A DNA stretch of 64,000 nt, taken from contig OY829846.1 of the NCBI GenBank assembly GCA_963691875.1, positions 3,904,001-3,968,000 of the forward strand. The letters are read 5' to 3'. This document shows, piece by piece, positions 40,575 through 51,210 of this stretch (position 1 is its first letter; the number at the start of each line of letters is the position of its first letter). The DNA is from Aureliella sp. (GTDB lineage: Bacteria > Planctomycetota > Planctomycetia > Pirellulales > Pirellulaceae). The notes under the pieces are model-generated. The model did not search any database. It saw only the letters and a list, made by a program, of their open reading frames with translations, and was not told where the DNA came from. A program made the translations under genes and the position numbers.

Positions 40575-42038
40575 CTATTTCGGTTCGGCCCGCGGCACCC
40601 AAATGTCGTATTGTCTTGCACTTTGGCCCTGCCAGTACGGCGAGGAATCCCACAGCGGTACGGTCGGCAACAGTGCCTCCCATTCAGCCAACTGACGATA
40701 AAGGTCACGGAATTCACTGGTACGTTTCTGGGATAGGTCTTCTGACTCTGCAATGTCCTCTGCTGGATTAAAGAACTCGGCTGGCCGATGCGAAAGCCGA
40801 ACCAACTTGAGGTCACCAGCTCGGATCGCAGCTTGTCCTTGCAATCGCCAAAACAAAGTTCGTCGCACGGGCTTAGCTTTGCCGGTCAATATTGGCAGCA
40901 AATCGATACCATCGTAGGCGCCAAACTTCTTGACTCCTCGGGCTCTCGTCTTTTTGTCTTCGTGAGAACGAGCTTCGCCCAGTGGCAATGGCTTTGCATC
41001 CGCTGCTGCCATGAATGTCGGTAACAGATCCAAGCTGGACATCACTGCCTCGCTGGTTCGATTCTTGGGGATTTGAACTGGCCACGACCAAATCATCGGG
41101 ATGCGAACGCCGCCTTCCTTCAAACAACCTTTACAACCGGAGAGCGGACCGTTCCAACTCGCGTTGCCGGTCGCACCGCCGTTGTCCGAGAAGAAGACAA
41201 TGAGTGTATTTTCCATCTGTCCGGATTGCTTCAATTCATCGACGACTCGGCCAACTCCACGATCCATGGCCCACATCATGGCTGCATAAGTGCGCCGCTT
41301 GCGATCCCGTAGGTGTTCAAAGCGTGCCAGGTCGTCTTCAGTCGCTTGCAAAGGTCCGTGTGGTGCATTGTACGAAAGGTACATAAACCAAGGTTTTTCT
41401 GGCTTCGATTTACCTTTCTCTTCCTGGCTTCGTTTGCGGATCCAGTCTATCGCTTCGTCGGTAAAAAAGTCGGTGAGGTAAGGGCTAGAGAACTCTTTCA
41501 GCGGATCGCCATTTCTTTCCAGCTTGTTGTTCGCAGGGTCAGGGAAGTAGGTATGTCCGCCGCCAAGCATCCCACAGAAATAATCGAAGCCACGTTCCTG
41601 CGGATGAAAGCCTGGCCCGGTGCCTTGATGCCACTTGCCAATCAATGACGTCGCGTAACCTGCAGCGCGGAGGTGATCGGCCAGAGTCCATTCCCCAGGC
41701 GGCAAGCCCAACAATTCCGGGCGAGTCGCGTAATTGGCCGATGATTGGTTCAAGTTTCCTTCGTAGCCAAAGCGTCGTGGGTCACGACCTGTCAGGAGTC
41801 CCGCGCGGGAGGGAGAGCATACAGAACTAGCGACATAAGCCTGCGTGCAAAGGACACCTGACTTAGCCAAGGCATCCATATTTGGTGTTCTCAAGTGTTC
41901 GCTACCCATGCAGCCTAAATCCCCGTAGCCCATGTCGTCGGCCAGGATGATCAGTATGTTGGGCTGAGCCGCTGGCACAGCGGCGGTCCAAACTAGGCCA
42001 AGTAAAAGTGTGGACAAAGCGGAAATTGAGCGAACCAT
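40575..42038 (-). CDS. Arylsulfatase-like sulfatase
   Basis: PNILIILADDMGYGDLG, CSPSRAGLLTGR, GKWHQG, YNAPHGP, SDNGG. Confidence 0.95.
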   Translation of the reverse strand: MVRSISALSTLLLGLVWTAAVPAAQPNILIILADDMGYGDLGCMGSEHLRTPNMDALAKSGVLCTQAYVASSVCSPSRAGLLTGRDPRRFGYEGNLNQSSANYATRPELLGLPPGEWTLADHLRAAGYATSLIGKWHQGTGPGFHPQERGFDYFCGMLGGGHTYFPDPANNKLERNGDPLKEFSSPYLTDFFTDEAIDWIRKRSQEEKGKSKPEKPWFMYLSYNAPHGPLQATEDDLARFEHLRDRKRRTYAAMMWAMDRGVGRVVDELKQSGQMENTLIVFFSDNGGATGNASWNGPLSGCKGCLKEGGVRIPMIWSWPVQIPKNRTSEAVMSSLDLLPTFMAAADAKPLPLGEARSHEDKKTRARGVKKFGAYDGIDLLPILTGKAKPVRRTLFWRLQGQAAIRAGDLKLVRLSHRPAEFFNPAEDIAESEDLSQKRTSEFRDLYRQLAEWEALLPTVPLWDSSPYWQGQSARQYDIWVPRAEPK

Positions 42039-42343
42039 CTCGGGCCTTGGTGTTTCGAGTAAGTGGGGGATTTACACCACAATTGTATTCGGCTCACTCT
42101 CGTTGCGGAGCGATGGACGTTGCATTCCAATACTTTTGGCTGATGACATCGTTTTCAGCCGATAAGCGTTAACGTCTGTTCCACGTAGTTTGATATCAGG
42201 CCCACATAACTGGCCCGCCGTTCGATTCAATCAGTGATCACTATTGATTGACGTACGGTCTACCAGGCTCATTCGCTCCGAGAACCGGAGCAAGCACTCT
42301 GCCGGTGAGATTGCGAGAGCCTTTCACAAACCCTAAGAAAAAC

Positions 42344-43339
42344 ATGCTTCCCACTTTTGAGCAAATCGAAGCGGCTGCAGCTGTCGTCTACCAATCCATG
42401 CCAGCGACGCCACAATACCAGTGGCCACTATTGAATCAAAGACTTGGCGTAGACCTTTGGCTCAAACATGAAAACCACACTCCAGTTGGCGCATTCAAAG
42501 TGCGAGGCGGTTTGGTTTACTTCGATGCGCACCACTCGCATCTTGCCGATACCGCTGGAGTGATCTGCGCAACCCGCGGAAACCATGGCCAGTCCGTCGC
42601 CTTCGCTGCAAGCCAACACAACATTCCTGTGACCATCGTCGTACCTGAGGGGAACAGCAGCGAGAAGAATGCGGCAATGAAGGCCCTTGGTGCGAAGCTG
42701 GTTGTACGTGGCGAAGACTTTCAAGCATCGCTCGACATTGCGGCGGAAATCGCTCAACATGAGGACTTCGCGATAGTTCCTTCTTTCGATGCTCTACTGG
42801 TAGCTGGCGTTGCCACGTACAGTTTGGAGCTCTTTCGAGCCGTCACGAATATCGATATTTTCTATGTGCCGATTGGATTAGGATCAGGAATCTGCGGCGT
42901 CCTGGCCGCTCGCAACGCCCTGGGCCTTCAGACGGAAGTGGTGGGTGTGGTTTCGGACCAAGCACAAGCCTACGCCAAATCATTCGAGGCCAAGCAAGCT
43001 ATCGAGAGCCCGGCGAGCACGCGCGTCGCCGATGGAATGGCTTGTCGTAGACCTCAAGAATCTGCCTTGTCGATTATCTGCGACCAAGTATCGCGAATCA
43101 CCCAAGTTAGCGATGACGAAGTTGAACAGGCCATGCGTGATATTTACTTCGCCACGCACAACGTAGCGGAAGGCGCTGGAGCAGCTGCAGTAGCCGCCGT
43201 CACAAAGGACGCATCGAAGCTCAAAGGAAAGAGAGTTGCTGCTGTCCTGTGTGGTGGCAATGTGGATGCATCGGTGTTTGCTTCCGTGCTCGGAGCAGGA
43301 CACGGCACTCAGGAAAAGCACGACGCGGCGATCAAGTGA
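42344..43339 (+). CDS. PLP-dependent threonine/serine dehydratase family protein
   Basis: LKHENHTPVGAFKVRG, TRGNHGQ, PIGLGSG, ADGMA, LCGGN; no ACT domain. Confidence 0.9.
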   Translation: MLPTFEQIEAAAAVVYQSMPATPQYQWPLLNQRLGVDLWLKHENHTPVGAFKVRGGLVYFDAHHSHLADTAGVICATRGNHGQSVAFAASQHNIPVTIVVPEGNSSEKNAAMKALGAKLVVRGEDFQASLDIAAEIAQHEDFAIVPSFDALLVAGVATYSLELFRAVTNIDIFYVPIGLGSGICGVLAARNALGLQTEVVGVVSDQAQAYAKSFEAKQAIESPASTRVADGMACRRPQESALSIICDQVSRITQVSDDEVEQAMRDIYFATHNVAEGAGAAAVAAVTKDASKLKGKRVAAVLCGGNVDASVFASVLGAGHGTQEKHDAAIK

Positions 43340-43361
43340 GACATCCATGCTTCGAAAAAGC

Positions 43362-43458
43362 GTGACAGTCTTAGGATTTTGTCATGAAGGTTGCGCTCCG
43401 GGATTCGCAACCTAATCCACTACGATGCAAAGGCTGAGCGAGTCGCCAGAATTTCGTG
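43362..43458. repeat. GTAG-type REP-like element(s) between convergent genes
   Basis: Minus strand GTAGTGGATTAGGTTGCGAATCCC resembles the 14960 unit; GGTTGCG...CGCAACC inverted repeat; GAGTCGCCAGAATTTCG resembles the 15065 unit. Confidence 0.55.
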
Positions 43459-43492
43459 AGACTGATACACTCACGTGCTCTTCGTGCCTAGT

Positions 43493-44122
43493 TTACCGAT
43501 TCGACTTCATGAAAATCGCACGGTAAACAGGCTGCCCATTCGTCCGCGCGCGTCGCTCAAAGTGCGTGGTGTAATCCATATGATGCTCCGCGCCGCGTTC
43601 TGGAACATAGCGAGGACCGAACAAGGGAGTTTCATCCATCGTGAGCTTGCAGATGTGCTCGTAATAATCCAGCACGTCAGTCCAGAAATGAAATTCCCCG
43701 TGTGATTTTAGTACTCGAACGATGTCTGCCAAAGTCTGCTCGTTTAGCACTCGACGTTTCTTGTGCTTGTTCCGCCACCATGGATCGGGGAAGTAACAGT
43801 GCACGCGATCTACCGCTACGTCTGGAATCACTTCGCTAAGAAATCGTTTGGCGTCGCCTCGAAGCATAGTGACGTTGGATAGAGATCGCTTATGCAACCT
43901 TTGAGCTGCGCGATTCGCAAACTTTCCAGCTAGTTCGACGCCGACGAAGAATCGCTCTGGGCAAGCCTCTGCCGCAGTCTGAAGAAACAGCCCTTTGCCC
44001 GAACCAATCTCAAACTCGACATTGTTCTGTTCTGACGCAATCTCACCCCAGGACTTGGGCTGGCGCAACAAGTCCCAAGCTCGGACGGATTCGCTCGTGT
44101 TCTTTGTAGTTTCTTCGGTCAT
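43493..44122 (-). CDS. trmB: tRNA (guanine-N7)-methyltransferase
   Basis: EIGSGKG, GVEL, YFPDPWWRNKHKKRR, FWTD, TTHFERR. Confidence 0.95.
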   Translation of the reverse strand: MTEETTKNTSESVRAWDLLRQPKSWGEIASEQNNVEFEIGSGKGLFLQTAAEACPERFFVGVELAGKFANRAAQRLHKRSLSNVTMLRGDAKRFLSEVIPDVAVDRVHCYFPDPWWRNKHKKRRVLNEQTLADIVRVLKSHGEFHFWTDVLDYYEHICKLTMDETPLFGPRYVPERGAEHHMDYTTHFERRARTNGQPVYRAIFMKSNR

Positions 44123-44400
44123 GGATCTGATCTTCTAAAGGAGGCAGCAGCATAGCCTTCTTATTCAAGATGTCAATTTCTAGTTGGCATCCTAGCGAAT
44201 ACCTCCACGATCCGAAAAGTAACGCTTAAACAGCTTTGTAAACTCTGGCTGTGAGAATTGTAAAAAAGCTGTATTTCACCTACCAAGGCGCAAAGACACT
44301 GTAAGACCACCGAGTTCGCTGTTTCCGTACGCACTCACTCCTGTAAGGCTTAGTACTTGCCGTTCTTTCTACCGCAGCACTTCTGCAAAGGACTACGACC

Positions 44401-45162
44401 ATGACCAACCGCATTCATTCGAGCTGGCTTCGCTTCTCGCTTAAGAAAACACTCATCGTCACAACAACTACAGTTTTGCTCGTATCAAAGACAGTAAGCA
44501 CGATGCGGGCTGATAGACCTAAGAACGCACTCGAGACTCATCGAGAATCACAACACCCTGGCTTGTGGAAGTCGTTCGATGAAATGCATGCGAGGTATAC
44601 GCACAATTTTGTTGAATCAGAAGGATTTGGAATGGGTCGCATATTTACATTTGAAGACCCTCAGAATCGGATGCTGGAGATCAAAGGTGAGAAGTTCGCG
44701 GTGAGGGAACTTCGTTTGATCGGGCTAAGAGCGGAAGAACCTCGGGTCTATGTAGCTTCTTGGCTCAACATGACCCGCGACAATCTCGATCGCTACGAAA
44801 AACGGGATCTGACCGACTTCGAAAACGAGGCGTTGCGTCGAATGAAGGCGGGGACAAACTTGGCTTGGCTGCTCGACCAACCCAAACAAGCGACAAAGTT
44901 AATTGCTCACCAGTCCGTCCACGGCAAGCAACGTTCAGCGGTCAAGGCAAAAACTGAAACTCAATCGCGCAAGCAGTACAAACTCATCGGAGCACTTCGG
45001 GCAAAAAAGAGCTGTATCACTTGCGACGATGCGGAGCCGAACGAATTACTCGGTGCATTCGTGTACACGATGGAACGAGATCAGATGATGGCAGCAATGC
45101 TAGAAAGCCGAGGCAAGTTTACTGCACTGAAATTGGCCGAGCAGAGCAACTCGAAGAAATGA
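44401..45162 (+). CDS. Exported planctomycete protein with degenerate heme-c-type motif
   Basis: N-terminal anchor; EGFG, RELRLIGL..EEPRVYV, LTDFENEAL, LIGALRAKKSCITCD..LLGAFVY. Confidence 0.7.
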   Translation: MTNRIHSSWLRFSLKKTLIVTTTTVLLVSKTVSTMRADRPKNALETHRESQHPGLWKSFDEMHARYTHNFVESEGFGMGRIFTFEDPQNRMLEIKGEKFAVRELRLIGLRAEEPRVYVASWLNMTRDNLDRYEKRDLTDFENEALRRMKAGTNLAWLLDQPKQATKLIAHQSVHGKQRSAVKAKTETQSRKQYKLIGALRAKKSCITCDDAEPNELLGAFVYTMERDQMMAAMLESRGKFTALKLAEQSNSKK

Positions 45163-45378
45163 GACAACTGTAGAGAGATTCGCCAGAACTTCGTTTTGTG
45201 CAGCCAGGTTCTACATGGAACTTAGTGGCTACCGTCGATTACCTAAAGAAGCTAGAACTACTTGCCCAACTTAAGGCGGTAGCGATGCGACCACCGATGC
45301 AGCCACGAAAGGCAGTGAAGAAAACCGAAGCCTAAGCATTCCAGCGCCAAATACTTATGGCGAATTCCGATAAGTGAC

Positions 45379-46863
45379 CTACTCAGACTTCAGCGAATAG
45401 CAATGCAGTTGATTCTGATCGCGTAGCAACAACTTGCCATCAAAGATAACCGGATGTGGCCAGCTCTGCCCGTTTCTGGTTGCGATCTGGAAGGAGCCCT
45501 TGAGTTTATAGTTCTGTGGATCCGCTTCGATCAAAGCCATCACACCGTTCTGATAGCGGAAGTAGAGATGACCGTCTGCGGCCACGATCGCAGCCGAGCC
45601 GGTTCCAGCGCCTCGTTGCTTACCCCACATTTTGCGACCAGTTCGAAAATCGACGCACATCGGAAACCCTTCGTTGTGGCCCTCGCCCATGTAAACATAG
45701 TTTCCGATCTTGATCATGCCACCATGATGGTTCTGCAGTTGCTTCGCGTCCTGATAGTAAACTTCGCGCCAATTCACTACGCCACGTCGGCCAGATAACT
45801 GCAGCAGAGCAGTGCCCCCATCGCCATAGCCTGATGAACAAAACACATAATCTCCGTCGACAATCGGCGTTGGCACATTTGCCGTCTCATTTGCGATCTT
45901 CTCATACTGCCATAGCGGCCGCCCCGTCTTTGCCTCGACGGAAATGAGACCACGGCCTGCCAACGTTATGTATTGTTTGACACCGCCCCCATTGCTTACC
46001 ACAGGCGTTGCATAGCCCGCACCATCTTTCCCACGCTGGCCACCTGGTGCCATGGGCGCTGACCAAATGGTCTCACCTGTTTTCAAATTCAGCGCCGCCA
46101 TCATGGCTCTAGGGCCGCCAGGAGTGCAGATCAGCTTACTGTCGTCTACCAATGGCGATTCGGAATAGCCCCACTGTGACATCATCTTGCCGCCGAAGTC
46201 ACGCTGAAAATTCTTGCTCCACCCTATAGAGCCATCCTCCGCGCTGGCGCAAGCAAGATCCCCTCCTTTGCTAAGCGTGTAGATCATTCCGTCGTGATAT
46301 GTTGGCGTCGAGTTGGGATCGCCACCGCCACCTAAAGAACTGGACCAAAGCGCACTACCGTCGGAGAGGCTAATAGCAGTCAGTTTGAGGTCACCACCAA
46401 CGTTACCCAACGTAAAAATCTTGCCCTCAGCTACACATACGCTGCTCATGCCTTTGCCCATTCCATCTGCCGTCCATAGCAACTCCGGTTTACGACCCTG
46501 CCAGCTAGGAATTAGCCCGGTGTCAGATGAAATCCCGTCAGCCTTCGGCCCCCGCCAGTTCCAAACACTTTGATTCGATTCTGCATTGGAACCAGCCGGT
46601 TGCTCTTTGGGCTCTTTTCTGGCTCTACGAACATAACGCTGACCGCTGGCGTCCAACTTCTTCAGCGGCACTAAGATCTTCTCACCTGACTCTTTGACGA
46701 GCTGCACGTCTGCGGTCAACTCATCACCTGTATTCACAACCAATGTTGCTCGAGTCGAAAAACTCCCAGAGATATCTCGCCAGGTTCGAACTTCTTCTTG
46801 CACTAGAACTGTGGCAAAAAGGAAAGCAATAAGATGGAGCATTGCTAGCTTCCTTTGGGACAA
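45379..46863 (-). CDS. SHD1-domain + PQQ-like beta-propeller protein
   Basis: RTWRDISGSFSTRA (SHD1-like), WNWRGP, repeated W/G propeller blades, WPHPVIFDGKLLLRDQ. Confidence 0.88.
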   Translation of the reverse strand: MSQRKLAMLHLIAFLFATVLVQEEVRTWRDISGSFSTRATLVVNTGDELTADVQLVKESGEKILVPLKKLDASGQRYVRRARKEPKEQPAGSNAESNQSVWNWRGPKADGISSDTGLIPSWQGRKPELLWTADGMGKGMSSVCVAEGKIFTLGNVGGDLKLTAISLSDGSALWSSSLGGGGDPNSTPTYHDGMIYTLSKGGDLACASAEDGSIGWSKNFQRDFGGKMMSQWGYSESPLVDDSKLICTPGGPRAMMAALNLKTGETIWSAPMAPGGQRGKDGAGYATPVVSNGGGVKQYITLAGRGLISVEAKTGRPLWQYEKIANETANVPTPIVDGDYVFCSSGYGDGGTALLQLSGRRGVVNWREVYYQDAKQLQNHHGGMIKIGNYVYMGEGHNEGFPMCVDFRTGRKMWGKQRGAGTGSAAIVAADGHLYFRYQNGVMALIEADPQNYKLKGSFQIATRNGQSWPHPVIFDGKLLLRDQNQLHCYSLKSE

Positions 46864-46940
46864 GCGTGGAGTGTTGCCATCTAGCGTAGCAGTTCGCCGC
46901 GTACGTAGCGATGTACGGCCCCGATTTTCCCGAGCGCATT

Positions 46941-46966
46941 AAAAAGCCCAAACGCGTTGGTTGGGC
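46941..46966 (-). terminator. Intrinsic terminator after 46993-48210
   Basis: Minus strand GCCCAA-N9-TTGGGC-TTTTT. Confidence 0.65.
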
Positions 46967-46992
46967 CTTAATCATGCTAGGTTGAATACTAC

Positions 46993-48210
46993 CTAGGGAG
47001 CCAATCCAGAAGACGCGTTTGCGTTGAAGCCACCATCGTCATTAGCCAAAGCTGCAGCCGCAACCGCGAGAGCAGCTGCCCCAAGGGCCCCACCGCCACC
47101 ACCAAGACCGGCTCCTCCACCACCAGCTCCGCCGCCCAGGCCACCGCCTGCAGCGGAAATCGGAGAGCCGGAAGCTGCTAGTCCACCTACTGTCGGTCCT
47201 GACCCTGGCGCTGATCCAGGTGGGACGTTATTCGCTGTAGTTGGAGTATTGTCGGGCAGACGATCGTCGAGGATTTCCTTGACTCCGTCCATCAGTGCCG
47301 GAGGAATAAGAGAAATCAGCATACTCTCTGCCGCACCGACTTGATTGGCAACGAAACGCATGCGGCTGTTCGTCAATCCCGTCGTTGGACCCTTCAGCTC
47401 TCCAACACCTTTGAACTCAACGACCTCAACCAAGTGAGCAACGTGACCACCCATTCCGATGGCCACCATCGAGTTCAGTCCGAGCGGAACATTCTTTAAC
47501 TCGAAGTTGCCATTCTTGTCTGACTTGGCTGTAACCTCCTTTTCACCCTGCGTGAAGGTGATCGAGATCTCTCCAAGCATTGCGATATAGCCGAGCTGTG
47601 GAGCAAGGGCTTGGCCGGTCACGCTTCCGTCAGCCGTACGCATCACTTGAAAGCGACTCAGCTTGCCCGCGTCTGCAGTATCAAAATCACTCTGAGGCAA
47701 GACGTCTGCTTCGTCGCTTGCCACGAAGGCCGATTCATCGATTTGCTTACGCAATGCACTTGAATTTACCATTGCGAGCGGAAGATCCACCGGCTTTCCG
47801 CCACCAGCTGGCGCGGCTGCCATGTAGAAAGGAATCGCGGCGTAGAGTGCGTTGGTCGAACGTGTTGACAGTGTGTCTGCCGTAATAACGAGAGCCGCCA
47901 AGCCTTGCTGAACACCAGCAAACGCCAGCCTGCCATTCTCATCGGGCCGCTGGTCAATGCGGTCGCCATTTGGCTGTACCAAGGAGACGAGATACTCGTC
48001 CTTCGGTCCGTCAACCAAGCCATTGCTCTGAAGAACGATCTCCAGCTGATCCCCTTCTAAGTAAGCGATCAAGTCGCTCGAGATCTTGCGTTGTTCACCC
48101 TGGAGCAAAACGGTCCAAGGACTGTTGAAACCAACAGGCACTTCCTGTGCTCGAACGAGCATCGGACACAGCAGAATACAGGTGAGAATAAAGCGTGAAC
48201 TGTTCTTCAT
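46993..48210 (-). CDS. Secreted protein with carboxypeptidase-regulatory-like beta domains and Gly/Ala-rich tail
   Basis: Signal peptide; PDENGRLAF and SDKNGNFEL repeats; GGG-rich then hydrophobic C-terminus. Confidence 0.75.
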   Translation of the reverse strand: MKNSSRFILTCILLCPMLVRAQEVPVGFNSPWTVLLQGEQRKISSDLIAYLEGDQLEIVLQSNGLVDGPKDEYLVSLVQPNGDRIDQRPDENGRLAFAGVQQGLAALVITADTLSTRSTNALYAAIPFYMAAAPAGGGKPVDLPLAMVNSSALRKQIDESAFVASDEADVLPQSDFDTADAGKLSRFQVMRTADGSVTGQALAPQLGYIAMLGEISITFTQGEKEVTAKSDKNGNFELKNVPLGLNSMVAIGMGGHVAHLVEVVEFKGVGELKGPTTGLTNSRMRFVANQVGAAESMLISLIPPALMDGVKEILDDRLPDNTPTTANNVPPGSAPGSGPTVGGLAASGSPISAAGGGLGGGAGGGGAGLGGGGGALGAAALAVAAAALANDDGGFNANASSGLAP

Positions 48211-48337
48211 CTGTCGACCTTAATTGAAGCAATCGTCGCAGGGTATCCTATCTTACCCATGTATCCCTTATAGTTCGATTCCGTCAATTTTACGCGAAAA
48301 GCAGGACTTACTTCGCCTAACCAAAGAAGCGCCCCCT

Positions 48338-51178
48338 CTATCGAGGTATTACCTTCGTGTCGCTGTCCAATATTTTCAAGGTCAGTGAAGGCGCTAATCC
48401 AGGCTTGTTGCTGTTGCGGAAGTCCACGTAGCTGCCTCCTTTGATTCGGTAGGAGCCAGGAGCGTTGAAAAGCACAGCAGCTGCATCTCCCTTGGCGTTA
48501 ATCCGAGTCTCATTAGTTGTGATGCGTCGGACTGGATCAGGTTCCGTAGCGCGACCTTTTACAAAAGGAACTTGGGCGTAGCTGAGCACCGCAATGCCAG
48601 CGCTGGTGTTTTGGGAAATCAAACCCGAGAAACAATCCAGATGCCCGGCCAGAAGCAAGCAACCAAAATCGTTCGAGCTCATGGTGCAATCTCGTGCTTC
48701 CACAGACTTGCCTGGACCTCGGCAATCGATCAAGAGTCCTTTTGAATTGTCCTCAAAGATGCATTGCTCCATCGACAGGTGGCTGTCCTGCAAGTTGAGG
48801 CCGTAGATGGAGCACTTCTTAAACTGTGCGTTGTAGACCACTAGGTCACTTTGCCTCAGAACCCCCATTCCAATGGCACACTCCACCATTTCCAAGTCTT
48901 CGAACTCGCCACTGCTCTGCTCGCAATAGACACCGACCTGGCAATCGGAAAAGACATTGACGCCTCCGAGCTTCACTTCGCTACACCCGAAAAACTCGAC
49001 TCCGTGCAGAAGTCCCGTAAAATCACAACGCTGTATCAATAGCTCCTTCGAAGCATCGCGACTCGAGATTCCTTTCCCCTTTTTCGCATTGCCCGTAAAC
49101 GTACATTCTCGGATCGTCCCAGATGAATCGGTCAACTGAATGGCCACAGCAGGTTCTTCGCGCTCCACTGCCGAGTTCAACAGATTGAACCGAAAGTGGC
49201 ATTTTTCAAGGTTCAGCAGCGATTTCGGCTCCGCCACGAGAGCTGGGTGCCTCGCAGAGACAAAGTCTGTTCCAGTCGCGATCAACGCGGACTCAGAATG
49301 CAACTTCACGCAATCGTAGCTATCCGTGTTGACGCTGCAGCCCTTCAGTTCCAGGGAGCCGGTCTTGAGCTCGATCGTGTTGATCTTGTCACCGCTGGCG
49401 TCGATCGAGAGATTCGTCAAAGTGACCCGTTGTCCCCCGTCCACCACAAGGGCCGATGCACCTTTGCCGATGAACTTGATTTCATCTCGAGCACCTTGGC
49501 CGATCAGTGCAATATTTTTATCTACTTCGACTGACTCGCGATACGTTCCTGGCTGAATGTAGATCTCGCTGTCGACCTCTGCAGCCGCGATGGCCTCCGC
49601 GATTGAGCCATGTGTCCCATTACCTTGCTGTGACACTACGATCTTGGCACCTGCGGTTGGGCTGCCTCCAGAACTTGCCCCAACACTTCCAGAGCCAGAA
49701 TCTCCACGCGGCCAAAGACTATATGCGCAACATGCGAGTAGGATCACGCCGATGGCAGTTACAGCACTGATAAGAACACGCTTAGAACCTCCGGGGACGT
49801 TACCCGCGAAGCTACTATTTGTATTGATCGTCTTCACTACACTTCGAATGGTCGCTTGGCCATCCTGCGTCGTATCGATCTGAATCTCCTCCCGCGGCAA
49901 ATCACAGGTTTGCAAAACCTGCTGCAAGTCGGCCACCAACTCGCGCGCACTGGCGTAACGGTCTGTTAAATCCTTCGCACAACAAAGATTGAAAACTGCA
50001 TCCAGGGCTTTGGGCAACTCAGCCGATCTCTGACTCAGTGGCTTGGGATGCCGGTTCAGCACCTCTTTCGTTAGCTCCTGAAACCCCGTAGCGTCAAAGG
50101 GCAATCGCCCAGACAGCATCTTGTAAAGGATCACCCCTAAAGCCCAAACATCTGCTCGTCCATCCAGCCAATTTGCGTGGCCGGATAGTTGCTCTGGAGC
50201 CATGTACGCCGGCGTGCCAGCGATCTCACCGGCGAGTGAACTCTGGTCTTCCTCAAACACTGCCAGACCAAAATCTACGATCCAAGGCTCGCCTTTTCGG
50301 TCAATCAAAATGTTATCCGGTTTCAAATCGCGATGCACCAGACCTGACTCATGCGCAACATTGATCGAACGCGCGATCTTGATCAACGTAGAAATGGCCC
50401 AGCTTACAGGCACTGAGTTCGCCGTTTGTAGAATCTCGCCAAGCGTCGACCCATCGATAAACTTCTGAGCCACAAATGGCTGCCCCCCTGCCGTCGTGCC
50501 AACCTGCAATACCGGAACTATCCCAGGTGCATCTATCTTGGCAGCATTTCGAGCTTCCTGGATGTATTGGCTGGCTAACTTCCGCTCCCCCAACAATGGT
50601 ACTTTGATCGCGACCTTTCGATCCAGCTTCTCATCGCGAGCAAGGTAGACAACACCAAAAGCTCCGCGACCGAGCTCCTCCAAAATCTCAAATCCTTCGA
50701 TGCGGTCGCCAGCCAGGAGATCCATCGGCGGCTCCGAAGCAACTGCCCTTCCTGCTGCGCCGAAAAACGTAGCATCCGAGATGGAGCCAGCCACCAAGCT
50801 CGCATCGATGCTCATTGCCAGGTCATCAGTTTGCTCCGAAACGCCAACGTTAGAGCTGCCGACATTCTGGGTGGCCTCGACATCCAAAGCAGAGTCGTGA
50901 AACGAGTGAATCTCCGTTCGTTCTTCGTCGCTATTCGCCTCATGAATAGAGAATTCCACGTCGTCGATCCCAGGCTCATCACCCTGCTTAGCGGTCGCCT
51001 CTAGGTCAGACGGAGTGGCTGACGACGCATCGGATTCTCCAAAGCTACAAGTCTCCTCCAAGGAACTTGCCGAACCTAAATCATCCGCGCTATTGGGTTT
51101 CGTAGAGTCAGATTCTGGTGCAGCCGAAAATCGCTTCGAAGCGTCCGAGTCAAGATCTTCTTGTTCAGAGTCCGTCAT
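48338..51178 (-). CDS. Membrane Ser/Thr kinase with extracytoplasmic right-handed beta-helix
   Basis: LGRGAFGVV, VAIK, HRDLKPDN, DFGLA, GTPAYMAPE, DVWALG; TM helix; SIAEAI..IYIQPGTYRES followed by PbH1-like repeats. Confidence 0.92.
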   Translation of the reverse strand: MTDSEQEDLDSDASKRFSAAPESDSTKPNSADDLGSASSLEETCSFGESDASSATPSDLEATAKQGDEPGIDDVEFSIHEANSDEERTEIHSFHDSALDVEATQNVGSSNVGVSEQTDDLAMSIDASLVAGSISDATFFGAAGRAVASEPPMDLLAGDRIEGFEILEELGRGAFGVVYLARDEKLDRKVAIKVPLLGERKLASQYIQEARNAAKIDAPGIVPVLQVGTTAGGQPFVAQKFIDGSTLGEILQTANSVPVSWAISTLIKIARSINVAHESGLVHRDLKPDNILIDRKGEPWIVDFGLAVFEEDQSSLAGEIAGTPAYMAPEQLSGHANWLDGRADVWALGVILYKMLSGRLPFDATGFQELTKEVLNRHPKPLSQRSAELPKALDAVFNLCCAKDLTDRYASARELVADLQQVLQTCDLPREEIQIDTTQDGQATIRSVVKTINTNSSFAGNVPGGSKRVLISAVTAIGVILLACCAYSLWPRGDSGSGSVGASSGGSPTAGAKIVVSQQGNGTHGSIAEAIAAAEVDSEIYIQPGTYRESVEVDKNIALIGQGARDEIKFIGKGASALVVDGGQRVTLTNLSIDASGDKINTIELKTGSLELKGCSVNTDSYDCVKLHSESALIATGTDFVSARHPALVAEPKSLLNLEKCHFRFNLLNSAVEREEPAVAIQLTDSSGTIRECTFTGNAKKGKGISSRDASKELLIQRCDFTGLLHGVEFFGCSEVKLGGVNVFSDCQVGVYCEQSSGEFEDLEMVECAIGMGVLRQSDLVVYNAQFKKCSIYGLNLQDSHLSMEQCIFEDNSKGLLIDCRGPGKSVEARDCTMSSNDFGCLLLAGHLDCFSGLISQNTSAGIAVLSYAQVPFVKGRATEPDPVRRITTNETRINAKGDAAAVLFNAPGSYRIKGGSYVDFRNSNKPGLAPSLTLKILDSDTKVIPR

Positions 51179-51210
51179 AGGAATCTATTTCACCAACACG
51201 ATAGAAACAG

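Noticed and set aside
42344..43339. Calling this gene ilvA
   Set aside because: It lacks regulatory ACT domains; the substrate is uncertain within the dehydratase/racemase family.
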